Below, piece by piece: positions 37,791 to 50,952 of a DNA stretch of 64,000 nt. Below the pieces are notes generated by a model. The model was not told the origin of the DNA and did not search any database. It saw only the letters and a program-made list of their open reading frames with translations. Both the position numbers and the translations under genes were made by a program. The DNA is from Hydrolagus colliei (taxonomy: Eukaryota): contig CM068745.1 of assembly GCA_035084275.1 (NCBI GenBank), positions 41,106,001 to 41,170,000 on the forward strand. The letters run 5' to 3'. How positions within the stretch are numbered: the first letter of the stretch is position 1; every line of letters starts with the position of its first letter.

Positions 37791-39014
37791 AAATTGAGAT
37801 TCTGCAAAGTAGCTCTTGAACTACCATTTTGGCTTTAACCACAGAGGTTCTATACTAGAGAGTAATTGGCTGGGATGGTAGGGTGGTTGAGACCAGGTTC
37901 GAGGCTTATTTAAAAAGCAGCATGAAGCTTTCATGGGAGGACAGTTGGGTGAATTTTCTGGATGGATGAAATATGATGAGCTGTTGCATTTCCTCATTTC
38001 ACTAATCTTGCAGATCACAACGTTTTCAGTCAGATATAGGTTCTAAGATTATTCCAAAGTTTTTTTTAACTTGCCATTAATTGAGGAACTAAATTATGTT
38101 CAAGAATACTGCAATTTTTACTTCTTTATCAAGAACTGATACTGCAGCAGACCAAAACATCAGCCAACATTAACATGGAATTGAAGGACGCAGGTTTGAT
38201 TCTTCACCATGTGGAAGCACCAATAAATCTAAAAGTGATACACTGACAAATCATTTCATGGTGTCAGATCATCCGTATGAACGAATCTTAAAGGAAAGTT
38301 TTGTTTGCCGTATAGAAGAGGGGAAAATAAAGGTTGACTTCTGTTTAACAAATAGTCATTATCTGAAGTGCCTAAAAAGGATAAAAGTAGTGAAGTGAAT
38401 ATTGTTCATTATAAATTAAGAGTGAAGGATTACAAAGCATGCTAAAATACATTTCACATATACTTGAGTAATGCTGAATGGATAACAGCACAGACAAGCA
38501 CAGGACTGCAGACGATGGAGGATAATTGTTCTGAAACAAATTAAGGAGTCTTTTAACTCAGTGGTTAGATACCCCACCTCACAAGTGAGAGGACTTGGAC
38601 AAAACATTAGGTAAGTTGAGACAGCTGACAGACAGATAGACGCAATCAAAATGCCTGGTAAACCAAAAGTGCATTGTGAATAATGATATTAATAAAAGAA
38701 CGTACACAGTCAAGAAATTTACAGGTGGATTTGTTAGAAATGCTCAAACAAAGCTAAAGCTAAACTGTTTAGACATAGCAACACAATTGTTTCAGTCAAT
38801 AGACATAAAATCTCACACTGAGGTGCAAAAATACAGTCTTGAAATCTAGAACACAAAATAATCCTCGTCAAGGTCATTGTTCAAGCATCATATTGCTGAT
38901 AGTGATGTGGGCTCTTGCATAAGAATGTTCACTGATAGGTGAATCTTTAAAAACAATGCTGAGAAGAAAGGAAAGAGAGCATTAAATACTTAGACATTCA
39001 TAGAGAGAGAGTAA

Positions 39015-40384
39015 ATTCATAGATTCATAGAATTTTACAGCACAAAAGGAGGCCATTCGGCCCATCTAGTCTGTGCCGGCTCTTTGAAAAGAGCGATTCA
39101 ATCCCACTGCCCTGCCCGCTCCCCATAGCCTAATAGACCTGTTCTCCCTAAATAAAGATCTAATTCCCTTTTAAAAGTTGTTATCGAATCAGCCTCCACC
39201 ACCTTTTCAGGCAATGCATTCCAGATTCAAACAACTCGCTGAGTGAAAAAAATTCTCCTCAGCTCCCCTCTACTTCACCTTGAAACTATTTTAAATCTGT
39301 GTCCACAAGTCATAGATTCGCCCACGAGTGGAAATAGTTTTTCTCTATTTGCCCTGTCGAAACCCCTCATGATCTATAAACCTCTATTAGGTCTGCCCTC
39401 AATCTTCTCTGCTCCAGAGAGAATAACCCTAGCCTATCTAGCCTCTCCTCATAGCTGAAGTCCCTCAATCCTGGCACCATCCTAGTAAATCATCTTTGTA
39501 CCCTTTCCAATGTCTTCACATCCTTTCTATAGTGTGGTGACCAGAATTGAACACAGTATTCCAGCTGAGGCCTCACCAAAGTCTTATAGAGGTTAGTCAG
39601 CACTTCCTGACTTTTGTACTCTATACCCCTATTTATAAAGGCTAGTATCCCATATGCCTTCTTAACAGCCTTGTCTACCTGTCCTGTCACCTTCAACGAG
39701 TCACTAACACAAATCCCCAGGTCTCTCTGTTCCTTCACACCATTTACAATTGTACTATCTAGCCTATATTGCCTCCCTTCATTTCTTCTCCCAAAATGCA
39801 TCACCTCACACTTCTCTTATTAAACTTCATCTGCCATGTGTCTGCCCACTTTACCAATTTGTCTATATCCCCTTGCAGATGGCTACTATCCTCCTCACTA
39901 TTTACTATTCTCCCTAACTTAGTGTCATCTGCAAACTTGGAAACTGTACTCCGTACACCCAAGTCCAGATCATTGATGTAGATTACAAACAGCAATGGTC
40001 CCAAAACTGATCCCTGTGGCACACCACTGCTCACTTCCCTCCATTCTGAAAAACAGCCGCTCACTACAACTCTCTGCTTTCTGTCTCGCAGCCAGTTGTG
40101 GATCCACGCTGCCACTGTCCCTTTTACGCCATGGGCCTTTAATTTCCTAATAAGTCTCTCATGTGGCACGTTGTCAAATGCCTTTTGAAAGTCCATGTAA
40201 ACTACATCAACTGCGCTACCATTATCCACCCATTCTGTTACCTCATCAAAAAATTCTATCAGATTTGTAAGGCAAGATTTGCCTTTAACAAATCCATGTT
40301 GACTGTCCATTATTAGCCTATATCTTTCTAAGTGAAGATCTACCTTGTCCCTGATTATGGACTCTAGAAGTTTGCCCACTACCG
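39015..40384 (-). mobile_element. Young CR1 LINE copy A, 5'-truncated, frameshifted RT
   Basis: ORFs 39801-40379 and 39490-39804 with [29 protein letters not shown]. (ATCTATGA)n-type tail. Confidence 0.98.
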
Positions 40385-40404
40385 CCCACTAAAGATCTGA
40401 AGTT

Positions 40405-40581
40405 ATCATAATAGTAATCCTTGCATTTGATTTAGCGCATTGTACGTCTTCTAGACATCTTAAAACCCTTCACAGAATATGGTGTTAAGTGAATTCATTT
40501 TATATTTGTGGGCAAAGCGCTGCAACCCAGGTCTCTTGATTGCAAAGTGAGTTCTCTAACTACTGAGCTACAGGTCTCCAC
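40405..40581 (-). mobile_element. SINE with central deletion
   Basis: Family tail joined directly to head (AACCCAGGTCTCTTG...CTGAGCTACAGGTCTCCAC). Confidence 0.88.
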
Positions 40582-40612
40582 GTTCAGCTTGTTTAAACTG
40601 ATAAGATCATTT

Positions 40613-41917
40613 TAGATTCATAGATTCATAGAATTTTACGGCACAAAAGGAGGCCATTCGGCCCATCTAGTCTGTGCCGGCTCTTTGAAAAGAGCGATTC
40701 AATCCCACTGCCCTGCCCGCTCCCCATAGCCTAATAGACCTGTTCTCCCTAAATAAAGATCTAATTCCCTTTTAAAAGTTGTTATCGAATCAGCCTCCAC
40801 CACCTTTTCAGGCAATGCATTCCAGATTCGAACAACTCGCTGAGTGAAAAAAATTCTCCTCAGCTCCCCTCTACTTCGCCTTGAAACTATTTTAAATCTG
40901 TGACCACGAGTCACAGATTCGCCCACGAGTTGAAATAGTTTTTCTCTATTTACCCTGTCGAAACCCCTCATGATCTTATAAACCTCTATTAGGTCTCCCC
41001 TCAATCTTCTCTGCTCCAGAGAGAATAACCCTAGCCTATCTAGCCTCTCCTCATAGCTGAAGTCCCTCAATCCTGGCACCATCCTAGTAAATCTTCTTTG
41101 TACCCTTTCCAATGTCTTCACATCCTTTCTGTAATGTGGTGACCAGAATTGAACACAGTATTCCAGCTGAGGCCTCACCAAAGTCTTATAGAGGTTAGTC
41201 AGCACTTCCTGACTTTTGTACTCTATACCCCTATTTATAAAGCATAGTATCCCATATGCCTTCTTAACAGCCTTGTCTACCTGTCCTGCCACCTTCAACG
41301 AGTCACTAACACAAATCCCCAGGTCTCTCTGTTCCTTCACACCATTTAAAATTGTACTATCTAGCCTCCCTTCATTTCTTCTCCCAAAATGCATCACCTC
41401 ACACTTCTCTGCATTAAACTTCATCTGCCATGTGTCTGCCCACTTTACCAATTTGTCTATATCCTCTTGCAGATGGCTACTATCCTCCTCACTATTTACT
41501 ATTCTCCCTAACTTAGTGTCATCTGCAAACTTGGAAACTGTACTCCGTACACCCAAGTCCAGATCATTGATGTAGATTACAAACAGCAATGGTCCCAAAA
41601 CTGATCCCTGTGGCACACCACTGCTCACTTCCCTCCAATCTGAAAAACAGCCGCTCACTACAACTCTCTGCTTTCTGTCTCGCAGCCAGTTGTGGATCCA
41701 CGCTGCCACTGTCCCTTTTACGCCATGGGCCTTTAATTTCCTAATAAGTCTCTCATGTGGCACTTTGTCAAATGCCTTTTGAAAGTCCATGTAAACTACA
41801 TCAACTGCGCTACCATTATCCACCCATTCCGTTACCTCATCAAAAAATTCTATCAGATTTGTAAGCCAAGATTTGCCTTTAACAAATCCATGTTGACTGT
41901 CCTTTATTAGCCTATAT
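40613..41917 (-). mobile_element. Young CR1 LINE copy B, 5'-truncated, open RT frame
   Basis: 408-aa ORF 40699-41925 with RT motifs, a 9-bp in-frame deletion relative to copy C, and tail at 40613-40635. Confidence 0.98.
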
Positions 41918-43582
41918 AGAATCATAGAATTTTACGGCACAAAAGGAGGCCATTCGGCCCATCTAGTCTGTGCCGGCTCTTTGAAAAGAGCGATTCAATC
42001 CCATTGCCCTGCCCGCTCCCCATAGCCTAATAGACCCGTTCTTCCTAAATAAAGATCTAATTCCCTTTTAAAAGTTGTTATCGAATCAGCCTCCACCACC
42101 TTTTCAGGCAATGCATTCCAGATTCGAACAACTCGCTGAGTGAAAAAATTTCTCCTCAGCTCCCCTCTACTGCGCCTTGAAACTATTTTAAATCTGTGAC
42201 CACGAGTCACAGATTCACCCACGAGTGGAAATAGTTTTTCTCTATTTGCCCTGTCGAAACCCCTCATGATCTTATAAACCTCTATTAGGTCTCCCCTCAA
42301 TCTTCTCTGCTCCAGAGAGAATAACCCTAGCCTATCTAGCCTCTCCTCATAGCTGAAGTCCCTCAATCCTGGCACCATCCTAGTAAATCTTCGTTGTACC
42401 CTTTCCAATGCCTTCACATCCTTTCTGTAGTGTGGTGACCAGAATTGAACACAGTATTCCAGCTGAGGCCTCACCAAAGTCCTATAGAGGTTAGTCAGCA
42501 CTTCCTGACTTTTGTACTCTATACCCCTATTTATAAAGCCTAGTATCCCATATGCCTTCTTAACAGCCTTGTCTACCTGTCCTGCCACCTTCAACGAGTC
42601 ACTAACACAAATCCCCAGGTCTCTCTGTTCCTTCACACCATTTAAAATTGTACTATCTAGCCTATATTGCCTCCCTTCATTTCTTCTCCCAAAATGCATC
42701 ACCTCACACTTCTCTGCATTAAACTTCATCTGCCATGTGTCTGCCCACTTTACCAATTTGTCTATATCCTCTTGCAGATGGCTACTATCCTCCTCACTGT
42801 TTACTATTCTCCCTAACTTAGTGTCATCTGCAAACTTGGAAACTGTACTCCGTACACCCAAGTCCAGATCATTGATGTAGATTACAAACAGCAATGGTCC
42901 CAAAACCGATCCCTGTGGCACACCACTGCTCACTTCCCTCCAATCTGAAAAACAGCCGCTCACTACAACTCTCTGCTTTCTGTCTCGCAGCCAGTTGTGG
43001 ATCCACGCTGCCACTGTCCCTTTTACGCCATGGGCCTTTAATTTCTTAATAAGTCTCTCATGTGGCACTTTGTCAAATGCCTTTTGAAAGTCCATGTAAA
43101 CTACATCAACTGCGCTACCATTATCCACCCATTCCGTTACCTCATCAAAAAATTCTATCAGATTTGTAAGGCAAGATTTGCCTTTAACAAATCCATGTTG
43201 ACTGTCCTTTATTAGCCTATATCTTTCTAAGTGAAGATCTACCTTGTCCCTGATTATGGACTCTAGAATTTTGCCCACTACCGACGTTAGACTGACTGGT
43301 CTGTAGTTACCAGGCTTGTCCTTCTGCCCCTTTTTATACAAGGGAGTAACATTAGCTGTCCTCCAGTCCTCTGGCACGACCCCTGTGTCCAAGGAAGATT
43401 GAAAGATCGTGGCCAGAGTCCCTGCTATTTGCTCCCGTGCCTCACTTAGTAACCTAGGGTGCATCCCATCCGGACCAGGTGACTTATCCACCTTGAGCGA
43501 CGTCAACCTTTTTAGCACTTCCTCTCTGGTTATAATTATTCTATCCATTTCTCCTACCCTCTCCTCTAATACCATGGCATTG
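41916..43582 (-). mobile_element. Young CR1 LINE copy C, 5'-truncated, complete open RT domain, no endonuclease
   Basis: 538-aa ORF: KSPGPDGMHPR, NYRPVSLTS, KFADDTKL, LEYCVQFWSP, FFTQRVVRIWNALP. Confidence 0.98.
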
Positions 43583-43769
43583 GCCATGGTATTAGAGGAT
43601 TTTGCCCCCAAATTTAATTTTCACAGAATTGTGAAAAGCTTTTAAATTCAGACTTAATTTAGAGCTCTTTTTTTTAAAGACTTGTGGAAGAAATTCCAGA
43701 TTAAGACTTGCATTTGATAAAGCACCTGATCACATCTTCGAGATGTGTGTCAAAAAAAAGCATTCATTC

Positions 43770-44310
43770 CAAGGAGGCTGGAATACGAGTCAAAATTCTA
43801 GTTAGACCTCATTTGGAGTACTTTGTGCAGTTTGGGGCACCAAATATTAGGATATATTGAGCTTGGAGAGTGTGCAGCATTGATATACTAGAATGATTCC
43901 TGGACTCAAATGCCTAAATTATGATCTACCAATGGAAAACTTTGTAATCTTTCAATGTCAAAAAGTTCAGGGGTGATCTGATTGATGAATATAAAATGAT
44001 GAAGGGAATTGACAGGCAGAACAGTGAGCAACAGTTTCCTCTGGCAAAAGGGTATAGGCTTAAACTTAAAGCTAAACCAATGAGGAAGCATTTTTTTCAT
44101 GCAGTGGGTGGTGGGAGTGTGGAGTTTACACCCCCAGAGGCTAGTGCAGGAAGAGTCATTTGAAGATTTCAAAAGGCAAATAGATATATGATAGAGATAC
44201 AGGGACACGACGCTAGAGCGGGGAAGTGGAATTGAATTGGGGATCAAGCACGATCTGGAATCTGACGGACTTGATGCGACGAATGTCCTACTTTCGTTCC
44301 ATTGTATAAG
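43770..44310 (+). mobile_element. Old CR1 3' fragment (different subfamily)
   Basis: CTAGTTAGACCTCATTTGGAGTAC..GTGCAGTTTGGGGCACC encodes an LVRPHLEY.VQFGAP remnant. Confidence 0.8.
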
Positions 44311-46544
44311 ACAAGCTATATAACATGCTGTTCAGCTCATTGTGTGTTATGGAGCCTGATTTCATCATTTCTGATCCTGATTTTAATCTTATAAAATTTC
44401 AGACCAGATTTGGTGTTAATATTCTAAAATTTTCTCAACTATATTATGCCTGTTCTGTTCCCTATTCTGTGTCTTTCTTAATTAAATGTCAAAGTGGTCT
44501 GATATATGAGGGACAAATGACCCTTGCCTCTATGTTATTGCTAGTACATTCTATTTCGCTATCAGTCTTACTTGTCCCCCAAACCGCAGCACAATTGTAT
44601 AGTCAACTATGTTCTTGGGTGTTAAAGAGACTACAGGCTAGATATCCAACTAAATGCCATTTTCTGACAAACGCAGTATCTGCATCAATAACATGACAGC
44701 TGGCCTGTGAACCTGCAAACACCTCAGCGCTTCACAGGTAATTGTTCTCAAATGCGGTGGTTTTACAATTAAATAAGCATGGTAGCTAATGTGCATTTAG
44801 TATGATTGGTTCATATCTTTCATTTTAACATACAGTTGCTAAATATTCTCAGTAGAGTGCCTCATGTGGTCCCAGTACTGTGCATACACACCACCCGCTC
44901 CCACTTTGTCCGTCCTTTCAGCTGAACTCTATCGGTGGAAAGCACAAATGGGAATATGGTAATTAGACAGGATGACTTCTTTAAAAGCACATCAAGCTTC
45001 CTCCTTTTGATGCATTTAGTAACTCTCCAGTTGTCTCTTTTTTTTGCAGAGTCCTTTGTTAGAATATAAACTGTGAGTTTAGCTCAGTTTAAGTTTTGTG
45101 ATTTCAAAGGAAAACAAAGAGTGCCCTATTTCTCTCAGTAACCATTGGTAGGTGAGCTTTCAGTAATCCTGCCTCCATTTGAAACTCCTTATTGGAGGCC
45201 CACAGCTTTGTGCCACTCTCCTTCCACCTTTAAAGCTACCTTAACGTCCATCTTTTTGATGGACCTTAAGGTAGCTCAGGTATCCAACCAGCATTTTGTA
45301 TAGAGCGCTTTGAGAAGCGCTCTCAACATGAAAGGTGCTATAAGAAATATAAATGATTGTTGTAATTAACACTATAGCTGGATCAGTGTTGCTTGAATAT
45401 GTGCAACAGACCTACAATAAAGTAGGACCTCAGAAAAGCACAGCCTACAAAGATGGTATTCAGAAACGACAAAAATGGCTACTAAACTGATTCTTGAAGT
45501 TATTTTGCACATGGTGTGGAGAGATCCCTAAAAGACTCAATTGAAGAAATTAAGAGAACCAAGTGGAACTAGTTAGCAGTGTACAAACGGACACTGGGAA
45601 ATGGGAAAAATGTGTGATGCTATTGGATAGTTAGCATTTAATCAAGATTTAAATTGAAAAAACCATGAGAAACTTTGCGCTCTTGCCTGATTGATAGCCA
45701 GTTGCAATGTGTGAGAATACACGTCACACTTGGCATTGAAAATGTTGGGGCTTTTTTCTATGTTGCTTTCCAGAATATGCAGGTGCAACTTGTTTTTCTT
45801 ATATATCAAAGCTGGTACTTTGCAAAGCCATACAGCCCAAATACAGGAACTGGTGCAACCTCGCCCAAATTATCAAGCCCCTGAGGGCTGCAACTGGAAT
45901 TATCTGAGTCACTTTTGGAATAATGTAATAAGGATAAGGTAGAACATTTTCTCCCAGAGGATAAAAAAACAAATTGCCAGAAGTGATTATTGGCACAGAC
46001 TCAACTGGGGGTATTTAAAAGGAAACAAAGGGTATTTGGGGATATGAGGAAAGAGCAAGAAATTTGTACCACATCAGGGAATTCCATTGAATGAGCAAAC
46101 CACTACACTAATATAATAGGTTAAATGGTGTTTGATTGTGTCCTACATTTTGTTCTATGGTTCTACAATTATTATCAAGCATAGCACTTTGAGATGTCCT
46201 CCCAATTTATATAACCCTATATTAATTGCAAGGATTATTATGGATTATTTATTTGCAGTAATGTGACTGCATCACGGTCAATTTGATGATGATGTAAGAA
46301 ATGTGCTGAATTACACAATGCGTTTATTTGTAGTGGATAAGGAAAGAGGACTAAGTCACTGATCTATTTGGTTTTATGCGATAAAAAGGTAAATAGCATT
46401 TTGAACACCCAGACACCTCTTTAATAAATACAGAATGTACTAATTACATAAGCAGTGAATAGTGAGATCTTGAATTCTATTTTATATTTAATCTCCCAGT
46501 TTGGTTTTTGATACTTTCAATTTTATGTTGTTAAATTGAATAAT

Positions 46545-46768
46545 AATATTGTAAAGTTAATTGACTGTATATTTGTTGGCAAAACTCAGCAGACAATTGC
46601 ACACAGCAGTTGTGGATTGATGACCAATTTCTTCGTTTTTTTTTTTTTCTTGAGGGATTATCAGGCATGTGGAGTAAAGAAACTTGCCCAAGGTTTCGCT
46701 CTGCCTGGAATCGAATCCACGTCTTTCGCTTCTCAGACTTGTGCTCTAACCGCTGGGCTACAAGACTT
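46545..46768 (-). mobile_element. tRNA-derived SINE lacking tail
   Basis: GGGATTATCAGGCATGTGGAGTAAAGAAACTTGCCCAAGGTTTCG...GCTCTAACCGCTGGGCTACAAGAC. Confidence 0.88.
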
Positions 46769-47579
46769 CAATTTCACTTCAAATGGAAAACTTAATACAT
46801 TGCTATAGTGTCAATATAATTTTTAATGGGTAAAAATGACACTTAGTAGCCTACCATTCAGTATTTGTGCACAACTAGATATTTACTTTATTTTGAATTA
46901 ATAATTCAAGATTTTGCTGACATGACATATGTATGATGTAATGTTTAGTTATATTGACTAAAAGTGTTAATAATAAATAATAATTAACCACCCATTATAC
47001 ATTATCAGGTAGTGAGTACCAGAAACTAGTCATTCAGCTAATTGATCGCAATATTCAATTTATTATTAAATTAGAACGTTAAAGCATTTTAAATGCATTG
47101 ATACATTTCAGCAATTAAACACTAATGTAATTGTGGGTGAATTTCTCAAGGTAGGAATTGGCTAAACTATTAATGGAACTTAATTTTGTTAGTTTATTCT
47201 ACGTATACCAACTGGAGATTGCTGCTATGACTGCTATATGTTATCAAATAAGTTTGGGTACTCATATAGTACTGTATTATATTGTGCCAGTGGTGTACTG
47301 TACCTTTGAATAATGTCATTTGGCATTTGTTGGCAACAAAATCACTGGAATGGGATAAAAGTGTACTTTAACATTAATTTCTATAGAAATGCAATCTTAA
47401 AATGATACAAATTGCCAAATAATTTATTGTCTCTTCTATGTTAAAATTTGGCATAATTGTTAATAGCTACTCAAAAATGTTGTCTTCCATTTTATATTGG
47501 ATCTTATAAGTTTATATCATGTGATTACTGTGATTCTGTGAGAGATTTCAAGCAATATCAAAGATGCTAAGTGATCATT

Positions 47580-47880
47580 TAATAACAATAATAATCCTTG
47601 CATTTGATATAGTGTTTTACATGTTTCCTAGCCGTCTCAAAGTGCTTCACAGAATATACTGTGAAGTGAATTGACTGTATATGTATATATGGGCAAAACA
47701 CAGCAGTCAATTGCACACAGCAGTGACCCACAAACAGACCTGGATGGAATTTTTTTTGAGGGCTTATTATCAGGCATGTGGAGTAAGGAAACTTGCCCAA
47801 AGTTTCACCCTGCATAGAAACAAACCTAGGTCGCTCGCTTGTAAGGTGAGTGCTATTACCACTGAGTTACAGAACTCCAC
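47580..47880 (-). mobile_element. tRNA-derived SINE, full length
   Basis: Tail, core and head all present on the minus strand. A tail-only fragment follows at 48052-48122. Confidence 0.92.
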
Positions 47881-48293
47881 ATATGAACGATGTTTTCAGA
47901 CACTCAAAGACAACAATTTGTAATTAATTTGAAGTTAAGTGAAAGATGTTATATTGGCAAAGATGGAAGCTTACACTAATAATTTCCCAGAAACTATGAG
48001 ATGAGTGTCTGAATGTATTTGAATGTTTTAGGGTGAATTTATAATGATGATAGTAATAATAATAATCCTTACATTTATATAGTGCTTTCCACATCTTATC
48101 GACGTCTCAAAGCGCTTCACACAATACAACAATGTCCCAAGGTTGGGACCAGAGCAGCGGGGGAGGGAGAAGACAAGTTAATATTATATAAACAAGGTCA
48201 ACTGAGAGGAAGTCCCTTCTCTTCTTTGTAAATACACCGCAGGATATTTTAACATCCACTCTATTATAAGGTAATCAGGGCCTCAATTGAATA

Positions 48294-48838
48294 CAGGTAC
48301 CCTGCCCCAACCGTGCCTCGTCAACCGCGAAACTCACGCATCCACGGTTTGCTAAATGCGACAACCCTTGCAAACCACGGCTTATAACCCTTGCTTATCC
48401 ATAGGTTTTAACACTAACACTAGTGTCTAGCGCTAGGACCCAGTTGTATCAACCAGCCTCGATGTCGCTTCACGCTAGCGTATAGCGCTAGGACACAGTT
48501 GCAATGCTGCAATCAACCAGCAACAATGCTTCTTTCTTAGGATTAAGGTAAATAACATGAATTTATTGTCACTTCTCTTGTCGCTTCTCTGCATCCTCAC
48601 CTCTCTATCTCACCTTCTCTTTCCCCCACCCCCCTTCTCTCTCTCACCTTTTCTCTATTTCACCTTCTCTTCCCCCCACTCTCCCCTTCCCCACCCCCTT
48701 CTCTCTCTCTCTCACCGTCTCTCTATTTCACCTTGTCTTCCCCCCACCCCCCATAGGGCCCTGCATTTTCCAACCGTGATTTTACCAACCGCGGAGGTTT
48801 ATAGGAACGTATCCCCTGTGGTTGGAGAGGGACACCTG
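48294..48838 (+). mobile_element. Tigger/pogo-like element, copy 3
   Basis: TA|CAGGTACCCTGCCCCAACC ... GGTTGGAGAGGGACACCTG. First 270 bp collinear with the 28543 copy. Confidence 0.9.
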
Positions 48839-48849
48839 CATTGGAATAC

Positions 48850-49370
48850 AGTACACAATTTTGGTCAACAAACTACAAGAAGGATATTACATACTTCGCC
48901 ATTGGTGAAGTATGTTTACTTGTATGTTAGCAAGGATGAGAGGATACAACCATCAGATAAAGACTGGACAGCTTACTGATTTATTTTTACGCCAGAGATA
49001 GTATGAGTGAAAGAGAACCTGATAGAATTGTTTAAAATTATGAAGGATATGATAAGGTGAATGTAAATAATCTGTTTCCATTTCTTGATCAGCCCATAAC
49101 AAGGGAGCATAAGTATAGCATAGCTACTAGCAGATATAAGAGGAACTTCTTCACACAAAGGTGATGAGATTGTGGAACCCACAGTCAAAACCTGTGGTTG
49201 AAACAAAAAGCATCAATCTATGTAAGAGAAAACGTTATGCATGGATGGGGGAGAAGGTATGGGAAAGGCAAAGGAGGGAAGATTAGGACGTGTGAAGGTT
49301 AATGCTGAGGTGAAATCTTGACAAAGTCTGGTTGCGCTGAATGGTTTGTTTTGGTGCTGATAAAATGATA
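48850..49370 (+). mobile_element. Highly decayed CR1 3' fragment
   Basis: CTGATAGAATTGTTTAAAATTATGAAGG (LIE.FKIMK) and GGAACTTCTTCACACAAAG (NFFTQ) remnants. Confidence 0.7.
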
Positions 49371-49399
49371 ATATAACATAATATAATAATAATATAATA

Positions 49400-49750
49400 A
49401 TGTATAATAATCCTTGCATTTGGTATAGCGCTTTTCACATCTTATCAACGTCCCAAAGCGCTTCACAGAATATACTGTAAAGTGAATTGGCTGCATATTT
49501 ATGGGCGAATCACGGCAGCCAATTGCGCACAACAGTATCCCACAAACAGTCGTGGATTGAAATGATCAATTTTATTATTGTGGTTTATTTGGACGGATTA
49601 TTATTAGGTTTGTGGAGTAAGGAAACTTGCCCAAGGTTTCGCCCTGACCTGTCTGGATTCAAACACATGTCTCCCCAGCTTGGTCTCCCCAGCTTGGTCT
49701 CCCCACCTTGCAAGACAAGTGCTCTAACCACTAAGCCACAGGATCTCCAC
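49400..49750 (-). mobile_element. tRNA-derived SINE with a 14-bp tandem expansion in the head
   Basis: Family tail, core and head. (GTCTCCCCAGCTTG)x2.6 near 49668-49705. Confidence 0.92.
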
Positions 49751-49873
49751 TAATATAGTCATAAGATCACATGATTGGTTTGGATGATTCAGGCTATTCA
49801 GTAAGTCGGATCTCATCCCTTAAACATACCTACGTTAGAGTCAAATTCAAAGGTACTTGTGGATACTCCATAC

Positions 49874-50952
49874 TAGGGTCCGTCAATATGGAAATTTTCC
49901 GATTAAATATATCGATGGGCTCATATCGAGATATACCGAAATATCGATATTTTCGGGTTTTTCGTACTGCGCATGCGCGCGCGCGTATTCGGAGTGCACG
50001 CACATCCGGAGTGCGCGCGCGTTCCGGGTGCGCGCGCATTCGGGGCCTATCTTCTCAGGAAGTAAATATCTTTCTCTCTCTCTATGTCTCTCACTCTCTC
50101 TATCTGTGTTTTTCTGTCTGTGTATCTCTGTGTCTCTCTCCCTCTCTCCTCTCTCACATCCCCCCCATCTCTATCTATCTGTATATTATCACATCCACCC
50201 CGTCTCTCCACCGCCCCCCGCCGTCCCTCTCTCGGACTCCCCACCCCCGTCGTCTCTCTCCCCCACCACCCATCCAGCCGTCTCTTTCTCCCTCCCCCCA
50301 CAGCCGTCTCTCTCCCCCGCCCCAGCTGTCTCTCTCCCCCTCCCCCCAGCCGTCTCTCTCCCCCTCTCCCCCCAGCCGTCTCTCTCCCCCTCTCCCCCCA
50401 GCCGTCTCTCTCCACCTCCCCCCAGCCGTCTCTCTCCACATCTCCTCTCCCACCCCCCCAGCCGTCTCTCTCTCCCTCCCCCAGCTGTCTCACTCCCCTT
50501 CCCCCAGCCGTCTCTCTCCTCCCCTCCCCCCCCAGCCGTCTCTCTCCCTCTCCCCAGCCGTCTCTCTCCCCCTCCCCCCAGCCGTCTCTCTCCCCCTCTC
50601 CCCCCCCCCCCAGCCGTCTCTCTCCCCCTCCCCCCAGCCATTTCTCTCCCCCTCCCCCCAGCCGTCTCTCTCCCCCTCACCCCCCCACCCCCACCCCCCA
50701 GCCATCTCTCTCACCCCCCCAGCCCTTGCATACCTGTATATTGTATTCGAGGACTGTGAATACAATATGGCCGCTTTGCACTTCGGTCTGTGCATTGTGT
50801 ATAGAGATGAGCATTCTGGGTCTTGTAGTTCAGTGTGCTCGCATCCCGATTTTTTATCTCGATATATCGATATTTTTAAATGTCTATATCGGCATATCGA
50901 TATGAAAATTATATCGGGTTTTAGCGATATATCGATATATCGGCGGACCCTA
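49874..50952. mobile_element. Young non-autonomous hAT element with internal minisatellite
   Basis: Termini TAGGGTCCGTC ... GGCGGACCCTA. Perfect 8-bp TSD CTCCATAC (49866-49873, 50953-50960). Many subterminal ATATCG/CGATAT repeats. Confidence 0.95.
50200..50722 (+). repeat. C-rich minisatellite, unit about 23-25 bp (CAGCCGTCTCTCTCCCCCTCCCCC)
   Basis: Roughly 20 variant units read directly. Confidence 0.95.

Noticed and set aside
41995-43611. 538-aa reverse transcriptase as a host or retron-like gene
   Set aside because: Ordinary 5'-truncated CR1 ORF2 with a CR1 tail. The apparent N-terminus comes from flank and fold-back sequence.
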